Assembly (NCBI GenBank): GCA_965198235.1
Contig: OZ240248.1
Span: 2,240,001 to 2,304,000, forward strand
DNA: 64,000 nucleotides
From: Candidatus Poribacteria bacterium
GTDB lineage: Bacteria; Poribacteria; WGA-4E; WGA-3G
Direction: 5' to 3'
Positions 50,200 through 59,550 of the stretch are shown in pieces (the first letter of the stretch is position 1; each line of letters opens with the position of its first letter). The notes beneath the pieces are model-generated. The model was not told where the DNA came from, did no database searches, and saw only the letters and a list, made by a program, of their open reading frames with translations. Made by a program: the position numbers and the translations under genes.

Positions 50200-51948
50200 T
50201 TGAGTATTGTTGTTCATGTGACACACGAAGCCATCCAAAAAATGGGTGGCATTGGTGCAGTTTTAGAAGGGTTGCTGACAACCCACAGCTACAACGCAGC
50301 GATTGAGCGCACTTTTCTCGTCGGACCCCTCTTTTCTGGTGCCGACTTGGGAGAATTGGACACCGTGCTATATCGCGCGAGCGAAGGGATAACAGATACA
50401 CCCCATGCAAAAGCTCTCAGCGAGATTGAGCAGATCTATCATGTAGAAATCGTTTACGGACAGCGGAAGTTTGTGGATAAAAATAAGAACGTTACGACCC
50501 TCACGGACGTAATTTTGGTGAACGTATCAAGTAGCAACGAGGTTCAGACGAGTGAGTTTAAGTGGCATCTCTACGAGCATTTTGACATCGAATCAAGTCG
50601 GTACGAGAGTGAATGGGAATATGAAGAGTATGTCCGGCTTGCCGAACCCGCGTATGATGCCTTACAGGTTCTTATCGGTGAAAAGGCGAATACCCCGGTG
50701 TTCGTTATCTCGCACGAGTTTATGGGAATGCCGTTTGCGTTCAAAACACTGATTGAACGCAAGAACAACGAAGACGCTGCGAACATGCGGACTATCTTTT
50801 ATGCCCATGAAGTGGCAACGATACGTCCGATTGTTGAGGGACATCCCGGACATGATATACGCTTTTACAACGTATTGGAGCAGGCAAAAGCACAGGAACA
50901 ATCGATCCAGGATGTATTCGACGATCCGTTTTGGTATTTCAAACACGCGTTGATCGACAAAGCGTATCTCTGTGATACAATCTTCGCTGTTGGGGATCTC
51001 GTTGTGGATGAGCTGCGATTCTTGGCAAAGCCGTTTGAGGAATTCCCAATTAACCTCGTTTACAACGGCATCCCGGCGTTTGAGGTGAGCCTACAAGAAA
51101 AATTAACGTCGAAGGCACTGCTCCAAAAATACGCAAAGACACTTCTCGATTATCGTCCCGATTACGTCTTTACACATGTAACGCGGCTCGTCAAAAGTAA
51201 GGGATTGTGGCGCGATTTACAGGTGCTAATGCACTTGGATGACCTACTCGCCTCTAATGATAAAGCAGCCGTGTTGTTTATCCTCTCCACAGAAATTGTG
51301 ACAGGACGCCCCAACGAAAGCATCCATGAGATGGAGGAAACGTATGGCTGGCCCGTGTACCACAAAATCGGTTATCCCGACCTTGTTGGTGCGGAAATTG
51401 AACTGAACAACGGCGTTTCTGCCTTCAATCTACAGTCTAAGGCGATTAAGGTAGTTTTCGTCAATCAGTTCGGGTGGAGTCAAGCGGCTTGCGGGAAACG
51501 GATGCCGATAGAAATGGAATTTATGGACATCCGCAAGGGAAGTGATGCGGAATTTGGGCAGTCCATTTACGAACCGTTCGGGATTGCGCAGGTAGAGCCT
51601 CTGAGTTTCGGGGCGATCTGTGTAGTCAGCAATGTATGTGGGTGTTGCGGTTTCATTCAACGTGCTACTGATAATCGTGATGTTCCAAATATCGTTATTG
51701 CGGACTATACGCAACTGAATATTCCTCCGAAGTCGTTAGAAGATGTAATTCATATCGGGTTGGCGGAACGGAATGCGATTGAATTGGAGAATAGCAGAGA
51801 CATCGCGGCGAAACTCTTGGGACGCTTGCCTCGCAAACCTCGTGACGTAGAAGATATGCTTCGAGAAGGTTACGATATTGCTTCCCGCATGAGTTGGGAA
51901 GTCGTCGTTAAGGATTATTTTCTGCCTGGATTGGAAAAGGCACTTTAA
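50200..51948 (+). CDS. Divergent GT3-like glycogen synthase (GT-B fold)
   Basis: E..QKMGGI (KxGG), SHEF, VYNG, YEPFG...E; located among glg genes. Confidence 0.65.
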   Translation: MSIVVHVTHEAIQKMGGIGAVLEGLLTTHSYNAAIERTFLVGPLFSGADLGELDTVLYRASEGITDTPHAKALSEIEQIYHVEIVYGQRKFVDKNKNVTTLTDVILVNVSSSNEVQTSEFKWHLYEHFDIESSRYESEWEYEEYVRLAEPAYDALQVLIGEKANTPVFVISHEFMGMPFAFKTLIERKNNEDAANMRTIFYAHEVATIRPIVEGHPGHDIRFYNVLEQAKAQEQSIQDVFDDPFWYFKHALIDKAYLCDTIFAVGDLVVDELRFLAKPFEEFPINLVYNGIPAFEVSLQEKLTSKALLQKYAKTLLDYRPDYVFTHVTRLVKSKGLWRDLQVLMHLDDLLASNDKAAVLFILSTEIVTGRPNESIHEMEETYGWPVYHKIGYPDLVGAEIELNNGVSAFNLQSKAIKVVFVNQFGWSQAACGKRMPIEMEFMDIRKGSDAEFGQSIYEPFGIAQVEPLSFGAICVVSNVCGCCGFIQRATDNRDVPNIVIADYTQLNIPPKSLEDVIHIGLAERNAIELENSRDIAAKLLGRLPRKPRDVEDMLREGYDIASRMSWEVVVKDYFLPGLEKAL

Positions 51949-51961
51949 GGAGGAAAAGTCA

Positions 51962-52801
51962 ATGTCAAATCAAACCCCTATGGATGCCCCGGTGACAATG
52001 ACACCTGAACAAAAATTTTTCTTCGATCTCCGCGGCTGGATTCTGTTACCCTCGGTATTATCAGAATCGGAAATTGAAGAGATGAAAGCAGAGGTTTATG
52101 ACGGTGCGAGACAGAGTTATCAAGGTGCACTCCAGACGCTACTCGACCATCCGGCAGTCGTGGGGATCCTGAACGAGATTCTGTCCGAGGATCCTTTTGT
52201 GTTAGACGACTGCTACGGGTTTCGATGTGAAGGGTCATTCACGACTGTGAGACACCCCGGCTGGAGCATATCGGAACGTGGTGATAACGGTCTACCACAC
52301 GTCGTACGTCCGCCGCAACAGGCAAACGCGATGCGGTATCAGGTTGCTGGTGGGAAGATCTTCGCAGGATTGACGCGTGTCGTGTGGGAACTTGAGGAGG
52401 TCAAGTCAGGACAAGGTGGTACCTCTTTTCTCAGTGGTTCACACAAGGCGCACTTCAATTACGGAGGTCCCGACCGGTATCGTCCAAATATTGGTGAATC
52501 GCCGTGGGAAGCGAATATGCGCGAGGTGATGGACGACTACAATTGTCCACCCGGTTCCGTCGTTATCTTTACTGAAAGTCTCGTCCATGCGGCTAATGAT
52601 TGGACGAATCCATCGAACCCTCGGTGCGCGGTCTTCAATTGTTACAACTCGATCTGGGCACAGTGGCATCGGCTCAATCTGAGCCATGAAGTCATTGAAA
52701 CCATGCCACTGAGGCGGCAGTCATTGTTCCGAGGCACGTGGGCGATCGGCGGTGGTCCTAGCGGAAACCGTGCGTATTCGTTGGATAATAATACCACGTA
52801 G
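51962..52801 (+). CDS. PhyH-like dioxygenase with non-canonical iron triad
   Basis: 'FFDLRGW', 'GSHKA', 'FTESLVH'; first His sits in PHVV with no HxD. Confidence 0.75.
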   Translation: MSNQTPMDAPVTMTPEQKFFFDLRGWILLPSVLSESEIEEMKAEVYDGARQSYQGALQTLLDHPAVVGILNEILSEDPFVLDDCYGFRCEGSFTTVRHPGWSISERGDNGLPHVVRPPQQANAMRYQVAGGKIFAGLTRVVWELEEVKSGQGGTSFLSGSHKAHFNYGGPDRYRPNIGESPWEANMREVMDDYNCPPGSVVIFTESLVHAANDWTNPSNPRCAVFNCYNSIWAQWHRLNLSHEVIETMPLRRQSLFRGTWAIGGGPSGNRAYSLDNNTT

Positions 52802-52809
52802 TAATAAAC

Positions 52810-52835
52810 GTATGCAGGATTCCCATCCTGCATAC
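52810..52835 (+). terminator. Hairpin after the PhyH gene
   Basis: GTATGCAGGAT-TCCC-ATCCTGCATAC, a perfect 11-bp stem. Confidence 0.6.
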
Positions 52836-53131
52836 ACCTTGCACACCAAGTACACTATAGATCATCAGTTTTATCGACATCCAACATAATATATCTTCCT
52901 ACATATCTTATCAACGAACATAACTCCCTCAGTAATCCCACTAAAACACAAAAACTATTGTTTTTCACCTTTTTCACTGAAGTCCACAGTTTCCTGTCTT
53001 GGGTCTATAATTTATATCATCGGTAATGGGTGCACGCACGTTACCACGCCCTTTACTGACCAAGTATAGGAGGCATCGGAAGTATACGAGATTCTTGGAA
53101 TAGTGGATTGAGAAACGATGTTGAAATTAAT

Positions 53132-53160
53132 TTGACAAACCTGGATATGCATGGTATAAT
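53132..53160 (+). promoter_or_regulatory. Perfect consensus sigma70 promoter
   Basis: TTGACA, 17 bp spacer, TG-G-TATAAT, then GGAGG and ATG 53196. Confidence 0.8.
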
Positions 53161-53195
53161 TAAGATATATATTTATATGGGAGGTATACAAATAA

Positions 53196-53636
53196 ATGAG
53201 TAGTGTGAAAGAGACGTTGACGAAATGGTTAGAAGATAATCCTGAAGGTTGGAAAAATACTGATGTTTTCATCTACAAGGAAACAGGGGTGTCAACCGGT
53301 TCTGTGAATAGATACGTGCCGGAAATTATCGCTAAACGGGATGGCATAATGCCGTCTAAGGTCCAGGAACTGCGGCAAACAGAGGGTAATATCTCTGCCC
53401 GAAGGCCTAAAGCGGATACAGATCAGATTCGTCAGATTATAGCCGATAATCCGAATGCTCCGGTTCGCGACTTAGCATTCCTTGCCGATTGCTCTCATGG
53501 GGCAATTGAACGGGTACTCAAAGAAATTAAACCGGAAAGTATGGAAAAACCGGAGGACAATACAGAGGCAATCCGCGAGATCAAAGCTCAGATGAAGGAG
53601 CTCCACGCTCGCCTAAACCAACTGTCAAAGGATTAA
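53196..53636 (+). CDS. Hypothetical double-HTH protein with C-terminal coiled coil
   Basis: 'IYKETGVSTGSVNRY' and 'VRDLAFLADCSHGAIERVL' HTH-like segments. Confidence 0.6.
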   Translation: MSSVKETLTKWLEDNPEGWKNTDVFIYKETGVSTGSVNRYVPEIIAKRDGIMPSKVQELRQTEGNISARRPKADTDQIRQIIADNPNAPVRDLAFLADCSHGAIERVLKEIKPESMEKPEDNTEAIREIKAQMKELHARLNQLSKD

Positions 53637-53745
53637 GTGCTTTTAAAACCACGTGATCTACCTCAGGGTGGTTTTATCTTGTTGAGAGGCGGTGTGCATG
53701 CACCGCCATCTCTCTTTGAAATTTTTGTAAGGATAGTCAAACTTC

Positions 53746-54318
53746 ATGAGTAAAATTTACTGTTATGTTGATGAATCTGGGCAGCATACGCAAGGTGATT
53801 TCTTTAGTGTTGCTGTTGTAATTGTGAATGCTACTGAACTGCGTGATGAGGTTGAACGAAGGTTACTGGATATAGAAATAGAAACTGGGAAGGGAATCAC
53901 GAAATGGACGCATACAAGTTATGTAAAAAAAGAGAATTATCTTCGAGCTATAACAACTATAGCAAAATTGGAGAGTGCGCTCTTCTATTCAATCCATATT
54001 AATACTCGAGATTATGTAAGCGCGACTGTTGATACAATAGCGCGAGTGGCTCAACAGCTCACGACAAATACAGAGAAATACAAGTTAACGGTCATAGTTG
54101 ATGGATTGAGTAAGAAAGAAAAGCAACAGATTGCCAAGCAATTGAGAAAAAAAGGTGTGGTATACAGAAAGGTCCGTGGGGCAAGAGATGGAAGTAGTGC
54201 ATGGATAAGGTTAGCCGATGCAATAGCCGGATTTAGTCGAGATGTTTACGAGAACAAGCCTTATACGCAGAACCTCTATTCTGACATGCAGCAACGCGGA
54301 TTTCTTATTCAACTGTGA
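53746..54318 (+). CDS. DUF3800 family protein (predicted RNase H-like fold)
   Basis: N-terminal YVDESG, internal VIVD, C-terminal IRLADAIAG (QxAD variant). Confidence 0.8.
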   Translation: MSKIYCYVDESGQHTQGDFFSVAVVIVNATELRDEVERRLLDIEIETGKGITKWTHTSYVKKENYLRAITTIAKLESALFYSIHINTRDYVSATVDTIARVAQQLTTNTEKYKLTVIVDGLSKKEKQQIAKQLRKKGVVYRKVRGARDGSSAWIRLADAIAGFSRDVYENKPYTQNLYSDMQQRGFLIQL

Positions 54319-54319
54319 A

Positions 54320-54350
54320 AATAAAAATGCTAGAGTGTCTGGCTCTAGCA
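54320..54350 (-). terminator. Intrinsic terminator of the ncRNA
   Basis: On the - strand: TGCTAGAG-7 nt-CTCTAGCA followed by TTTTTATT. Confidence 0.75.
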
Positions 54351-54460
54351 ATCCAACGTAGACATACCGCAGCGGCAGAGGTCACGGTTGGCTGTCCCTA
54401 GTTTCCCTAGTGGGAAAACACCGTCCATACGGCACGTGTTCGGGCAAAGTACTCATTATG
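54320..54460 (-). ncRNA. Predicted ~140-nt structured ncRNA convergent with the DUF3800 gene
   Basis: Own promoter at 54467-54495, several nested stems, intrinsic terminator at 54320-54350, no ORF. Confidence 0.65.
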
Positions 54461-54466
54461 ACATAT

Positions 54467-54495
54467 ATTGTAACATAAAAAGAACACTTTGTCAA
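54467..54495 (-). promoter_or_regulatory. sigma70 promoter of the ncRNA
   Basis: On the - strand: TTGACA (54495-54490), 17 bp spacer, TG-T-TACAAT (-10 at 54472-54467). Confidence 0.75.
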
Positions 54496-54561
54496 GTTTT
54501 TTGTGCAAATTTTTATTGAATTAATTATCCTATCTTCCATGTTGAGACGCAAATAATTTGA

Positions 54562-56634
54562 TCAATCGGAGTCCATGCGTGTTGTTTCGGCCGCTAATAC
54601 CTGTGCGCTTCGGGCAGGGACATACAGTTGAATGGATTGTGTGTGACCCTCCATAACTACGTCTTGCCACGGATAATGTCTGCCCTCTACGGCACCGTAG
54701 CCACCGTAAGCGGTATCATCGGTATTGAGAATAAGGCGATAATCCTTTTTTTGAGGCACAGGGATGCGCCAGTCTGGGACCGATGCAGTCGGATGGAAGT
54801 TGAAGGCGAAGATGAGTCCGCCCCGTTCATAGACGATCTGTTTCGCGTCCTCGTGAAAAAATAAAAGATAGATGTTTTCATCAGAAAGCAGATGGTGCAT
54901 TGCGTCAAGGTGTTGCATCGCGCGATCAAAAGCGTTGAGATGTTTGTAGCGGAGCGTGTCATCATCAACGAGGTGCCACTGTCTGCGCGCATACCAATAG
55001 GAGTTATTATTCCCTGCGCGCGGGAAGTCGATCCACTCAGGGTGTCCAAATTCATTCCCCATGAAGTTGAGATACCCCTCGCCACCTAAACTGAAGGTCA
55101 GCAATCGGATGAGTTTGTGGAGCGCAATGCCACGAGCGATGTAATGGCTTGTTGTGAAAACGCTCATGTTTATGTAAATTTCGGCATCCATGAGTTGCAT
55201 AGCAAGCGTCTTATCGCCAACGATGGCTTGGTCGTGACTCTCGACATAAGCGATATGTTTCTCGCCGGTCCGACGGTTGCGCAACATGCCGTAAATCTCG
55301 CCGATATGCCAGTTTTCATCCTGTTTCTCTTTTAATAACCGAATCCAATAATCCGGGATACCCATTGTGAGCCGGTAATCGAAGCCGAGTCCGCCTGCCT
55401 CGATGGGGCGCGCGATGCCGGGCATTCCGCTCATATCTTCAGCAATTGAAATCGCGGTGGGGTTGATAGTGTGAACGATCTCATTTGCTAACATTAGGTA
55501 GGCAATAGCGTCGAGTTCGACTTCTGCCCCGAAATAATCCGCGTAGCCCTCAAATTCCCGCCCTAACCCGTGGTCGCTGTAGAGCATGCTTGTGATGCCG
55601 TCAAATCTGAAACCATCAAACCGGTAGGTCTCCAGCCAGTAGCGAATGTTGCTAAGGAGAAAGCGTTGCACTTCGTATTTGCTGTAATCAAAACAGCGTG
55701 AATCCCATGCGATATGCTCACCTTTCTCACCAGTGTGGAAATAGTGGTATGCCGTGCCGTCAAGGCGATTCAATCCTTCATTCAGATTTTTGACAGCATG
55801 GCTATGCACCAGATCCATGATAACCAGTAAGCCCATATCGTGTGCGGTATCAATAAGGGCTTTGAGTTCCTCCGGTGTTCCGAAACGGCTTGAGACAGCA
55901 AAGAAATTGCTTACATGATACCCGAAACTCGCATAATAGGGATGTTCCATTACCGCCATCAGTTGCACGGCGTTATAGCCTAAATCTGCAATTCGGGGTA
56001 GCACGTTTTGCGTGAACTCATCGAACGTTCCGACCTTTTCCGCTTCCTGTGCCATGCCGACGTGTGCCTCGTAGATCCGCAAGCCCTCGGTGCGGGTATC
56101 AAAACGAGGTGCGTGATGTTTCCACTGATATGGGGACGATGATGCCCAATACTGTCCGGTGAAATCGGCATCCCCCTCCTGAACAACACGCTGGATATAG
56201 GCTGGAAGTCGGTCAAGTCCACCGAGTTCTGATACAACATGCACCTTGACTCGGCTTCCGTGTGTGAGTCGATCGGCGTAGTCTCTATCGGATAAGAAGA
56301 GATGCCATACACCATGATCATCAACGGACATCGGATGTGTGCCGCGATCCCAGCCGTTAAAGTCGCCGATAAGGGCAAGCGCGTATGCCCCCGGTGCCCA
56401 TTCGCGATACCAGACCCCGGTCTCACCATCATTTTCCCCGCGATTGAAACCGAAATATTGATGTCCTTGGCTTATCTCGCCTAAGATGCCACCGGTTTTC
56501 TCAATCTCTGCTTTGAAACGTCGGTAGTGTGCGAACCGCTCACGCAGCTGCGCCGCATACGGTTTTAGTAAAGGGTCTGTCTTGATGAGAGTTGTGCCAT
56601 CAACCGTTTTTGACGTGAAATGTTGCTTCTCCAT
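54562..56634 (-). CDS. glgB: 1,4-alpha-glucan branching enzyme, GH13_8-type
   Basis: YREWAP, YEAHVG, EHPYYASFGY, FDGFRFDG, AEDMSG, ESHDQ, FMGNEFGHPEW. Confidence 0.92.
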   Translation of the reverse strand: MEKQHFTSKTVDGTTLIKTDPLLKPYAAQLRERFAHYRRFKAEIEKTGGILGEISQGHQYFGFNRGENDGETGVWYREWAPGAYALALIGDFNGWDRGTHPMSVDDHGVWHLFLSDRDYADRLTHGSRVKVHVVSELGGLDRLPAYIQRVVQEGDADFTGQYWASSSPYQWKHHAPRFDTRTEGLRIYEAHVGMAQEAEKVGTFDEFTQNVLPRIADLGYNAVQLMAVMEHPYYASFGYHVSNFFAVSSRFGTPEELKALIDTAHDMGLLVIMDLVHSHAVKNLNEGLNRLDGTAYHYFHTGEKGEHIAWDSRCFDYSKYEVQRFLLSNIRYWLETYRFDGFRFDGITSMLYSDHGLGREFEGYADYFGAEVELDAIAYLMLANEIVHTINPTAISIAEDMSGMPGIARPIEAGGLGFDYRLTMGIPDYWIRLLKEKQDENWHIGEIYGMLRNRRTGEKHIAYVESHDQAIVGDKTLAMQLMDAEIYINMSVFTTSHYIARGIALHKLIRLLTFSLGGEGYLNFMGNEFGHPEWIDFPRAGNNNSYWYARRQWHLVDDDTLRYKHLNAFDRAMQHLDAMHHLLSDENIYLLFFHEDAKQIVYERGGLIFAFNFHPTASVPDWRIPVPQKKDYRLILNTDDTAYGGYGAVEGRHYPWQDVVMEGHTQSIQLYVPARSAQVLAAETTRMDSD

Positions 56635-56660
56635 GATGTATCAGTTTAGCACAAGACGGC

Positions 56661-57761
56661 TTGCAATGCAAATCGGGTGTATGCTACTATGGGAACATGC
56701 GAACACCTTTCCATCGACCAACGATATGCTTCATGTTTATAGTGCTAATGATATCTTACACTTCAGACGTTACTGCGGTTGAGGACCTGTTTGAAATTCG
56801 GGTGTTTGACGGTCAAGTAGAAGTGATGCAACCCTATAGGCTGATTTCTGGGAAACGCTACCGGCTTCAGGCAGTCTCGCTGGATAAAGAGGTGCTTACG
56901 GCACAGTGGTTTCTCGCAGGGAATTTGGGTAGGATTACAACAGGTAATCGACCAATGCTAACGGCTGTTTTTGTGGGGGAAGGAGATCTTATTTGCCGTG
57001 TGAACGCGGTGGAACAGCGCGTAAGGTTAAGCGTCGTTCCAGCAACGGGCACCATCGGAAGTCGTGGTGGAACACTCAAAAGTCCAGCGGGCGTGGAAAT
57101 CACACTGCCCGAAAGTGCGCTCGCGATCGAACGACAAATTGGGATAGAAATCGTGGCATCACCGGGGTTACCGCCAACAGCCCGGCAGTTTATTCGTGTC
57201 GTTCGGATCTCACCCGCGCGGCTTGTCTTGAAACGACCGACGCAGCTTACATTTCTCTTTGGAGGTGATGAGTTTTCAGATGCAAAGCCACAACTCTATT
57301 TTTGGGAGGCGTTTGGGAAACAGTGGATACCCTTGCGAGGTCGCGTGAACACTATTCAAGGGAGCGTGACCGCTTCTATTAACCACTTCGGTATTTATAC
57401 GTTGATGGTGCTTACTCCTGCAAATTTGGAACGCACCGATCGATTGCAGATCCAGAACGTCAAACTTTCGCCGCGTGTATTTTTCGCACCGGACAGGCAT
57501 CGACTGACAATGGTGTATCAACTCAATGCCCCGGATGCGATGCAAGCGTTTGTAACGATGGATATTTTCGATCTTCGGGGCAGACGGGTTCGACGGCTTC
57601 TTGAGGACGCGCCTCACTACATCGGTCCTAACGTTGCACAGTGGGACGGGTTGACAGATGATGGCGTGCTTGTCCGCAACGGACGTTATTTTCTTGTAAT
57701 TCGTGCCAGGATGGGTTCACAGCGCACAGCATACCGAAAGTTAGTCGTGGTCTTTAAATGA
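56661..57761 (+). CDS. Secreted protein with ZU5-like segment and C-terminal FlgD-Ig/T9SS-CTD-like domain
   Basis: 'IG..GG.L..P.GV.I.LP..AL', 'HFG.Y', 'IFDLRGRRVRRL...WDG...G..V.NG.YF'; true start uncertain. Confidence 0.65.
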   Translation: MQCKSGVCYYGNMRTPFHRPTICFMFIVLMISYTSDVTAVEDLFEIRVFDGQVEVMQPYRLISGKRYRLQAVSLDKEVLTAQWFLAGNLGRITTGNRPMLTAVFVGEGDLICRVNAVEQRVRLSVVPATGTIGSRGGTLKSPAGVEITLPESALAIERQIGIEIVASPGLPPTARQFIRVVRISPARLVLKRPTQLTFLFGGDEFSDAKPQLYFWEAFGKQWIPLRGRVNTIQGSVTASINHFGIYTLMVLTPANLERTDRLQIQNVKLSPRVFFAPDRHRLTMVYQLNAPDAMQAFVTMDIFDLRGRRVRRLLEDAPHYIGPNVAQWDGLTDDGVLVRNGRYFLVIRARMGSQRTAYRKLVVVFK

Positions 57762-58060
57762 GGGAGTTTCTTCTTCTTTCTCGGCTATTACACCACGCGA
57801 CATCAATGTGATCGTCGCCACATCACATACAAAGATGTAATCAGCACTCCCTTGCATTTTTGGTTGTATACAGAAAAAGAGAACTCCATTTGGTAAAGGT
57901 TCTGAATACCTCATTAGACCATACGAAGTTCTCTTTTGGTTTCCACAGTGTTTTATTTTATACCGGATTTATCTTAATTTATGACGTGCCAAATGCCGGA
58001 CGTGCATTCGACACTCTAACATTTCTGTTTGAAACGCTGCGTCCGTTTTCTGAGATTGCA

Positions 58061-59164
58061 TCAATTGTCTGACTCTTCCCATCGTGCATATCTCTGAAGC
58101 GTTCGGATGTCAATATCTAACGATTCAGCTGCCTCACGAAGCGAGGCGTATTGCTCTACACGCTTTCGGGCAACTGCGCTGAGAATCTGATGCTGGTTCA
58201 TATCTCTTATGTTGAGAAACTCGCCTTTTCCGCTCATCCCGGATATACTTGAAACTTGCAAACCACTCCAAGATGCTGAGGACTGTGTCGAGAGTTCGTG
58301 CATCATTGTGTGTTGTGTCTCCGGGTGGAGCGTTTCCCATATTGCGTTTTGTGTTTCCGGAGGAAGTGTCTGCCATATAGAAGTAAGAGTTTTGATGAAT
58401 TCTGGATAGATATCCGGAAAATCTTTGGGTTCAAGTCTGTCCGTTGTTGCGAGTACGACAGCCGCTTGAATGGTGCTCCTCAACTGACGGATGTTCCCGG
58501 GCCACGCAGCCTGTTCAAGCCGAGTGAGTGCCTCCGGAGTAATCCCAGTAATATTTTTCCTGTATTCGGCACTGAACTCATGAATAAAAGCTGCGACTAA
58601 AGGCGCGATGTCCTCTGGACGCCCGCGTAGCGGGGGGAGGTGAAACATCATCCCCTTGAGACGATAGTAAAGATCCTCCCTAAACTCCTTTTCCGCAACG
58701 GCTTTTTCAATGTCTCGGTTCGTTGCGGCGATGATGTGGACATCCACCGTTAATACCTCATTTCCACCGAGACGCGTAAATGTAGCTGTGTCCAGGACGC
58801 GGAGCAGCATCTTCTGTGCGTCCAAAGACATTTCTGGAACTTCATCGAGAAAGAGGATACCCCCATTTGCCATTTCAAACGCGCCTCGCCGCTGTCGGAT
58901 TGCGCTCGTGAACGCTCCTGCTTCGTGTCCGAAGAGTTCGCTTTGCAAGAGTTCAGCGGAGAATCGTCCACAGTTGATGGCGATGAAAGGTTTATCGTGC
59001 CGCGGACTGGTTTCGTGAATGTATCTTGCGATGCCTTCCTTACCGACACCGGTTTCGCCAGTAATGAAGAATGGAATGTTTGATTTTACTACCTCCTGAG
59101 TTGTTTTGTAAATCGTCTGCATCGGTTCCGATGGCAGTTGTATGAATGTTGACTGCCGGTTCAT
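58061..59164 (-). CDS. sigma54-interacting AAA+ activator (bEBP) without N-terminal sensor
   Basis: GETGVGKE, SELFGHEAGAFTSA, LFLDE, FREDLYYRL, WPGNIRQL, C-terminal HTH. Confidence 0.9.
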   Translation of the reverse strand: MNRQSTFIQLPSEPMQTIYKTTQEVVKSNIPFFITGETGVGKEGIARYIHETSPRHDKPFIAINCGRFSAELLQSELFGHEAGAFTSAIRQRRGAFEMANGGILFLDEVPEMSLDAQKMLLRVLDTATFTRLGGNEVLTVDVHIIAATNRDIEKAVAEKEFREDLYYRLKGMMFHLPPLRGRPEDIAPLVAAFIHEFSAEYRKNITGITPEALTRLEQAAWPGNIRQLRSTIQAAVVLATTDRLEPKDFPDIYPEFIKTLTSIWQTLPPETQNAIWETLHPETQHTMMHELSTQSSASWSGLQVSSISGMSGKGEFLNIRDMNQHQILSAVARKRVEQYASLREAAESLDIDIRTLQRYARWEESDN

Positions 59165-59550
59165 AATGTGCTCCTTAAGTATATTTTAAATTAGGACGAA
59201 GAATATATTTAAGTTCGGGCAATTTTAGCCCCTAAAAGCGAATCGCAGCACAGTGCGTCATTACCATGTGCGATCCTTATGTGGCTCATAGGAAAAATAA
59301 CTGCGACGGTCCAAAACCGGTTTTCCATAGCACATTGTGGTTTTTTTTAATTAACGCCAGATTCAATTTTTAGTTGACCTAATATCCGTGCCTCTGTAGG
59401 AAATACGAACACCAAGTGTTTTGGACGCGCATATATTGTCTGTATTAAAAGAAAACTTGTGCCATTAATTTATTATGTGCTGCATGCTCAACACGCTTCC
59501 GGTGTCCAGCATTTTTTGTCGAAACTTGTATGCTATTTTCCAAGTTCACT

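Noticed and set aside
49673-50200. Displaced omegaRNA or 5' half of the IsrB element upstream of glgP
   Set aside because: The region is explained by two divergent promoters and repeats; no PLMP or RuvC-I coding remnant was seen.
59360-59470. Additional sigma54 promoters upstream of the second bEBP (TGGCACAAGTTTTCT, GGCACGGATATTAG)
   Set aside because: The -24 GG is present but the conserved -12 GC is missing.
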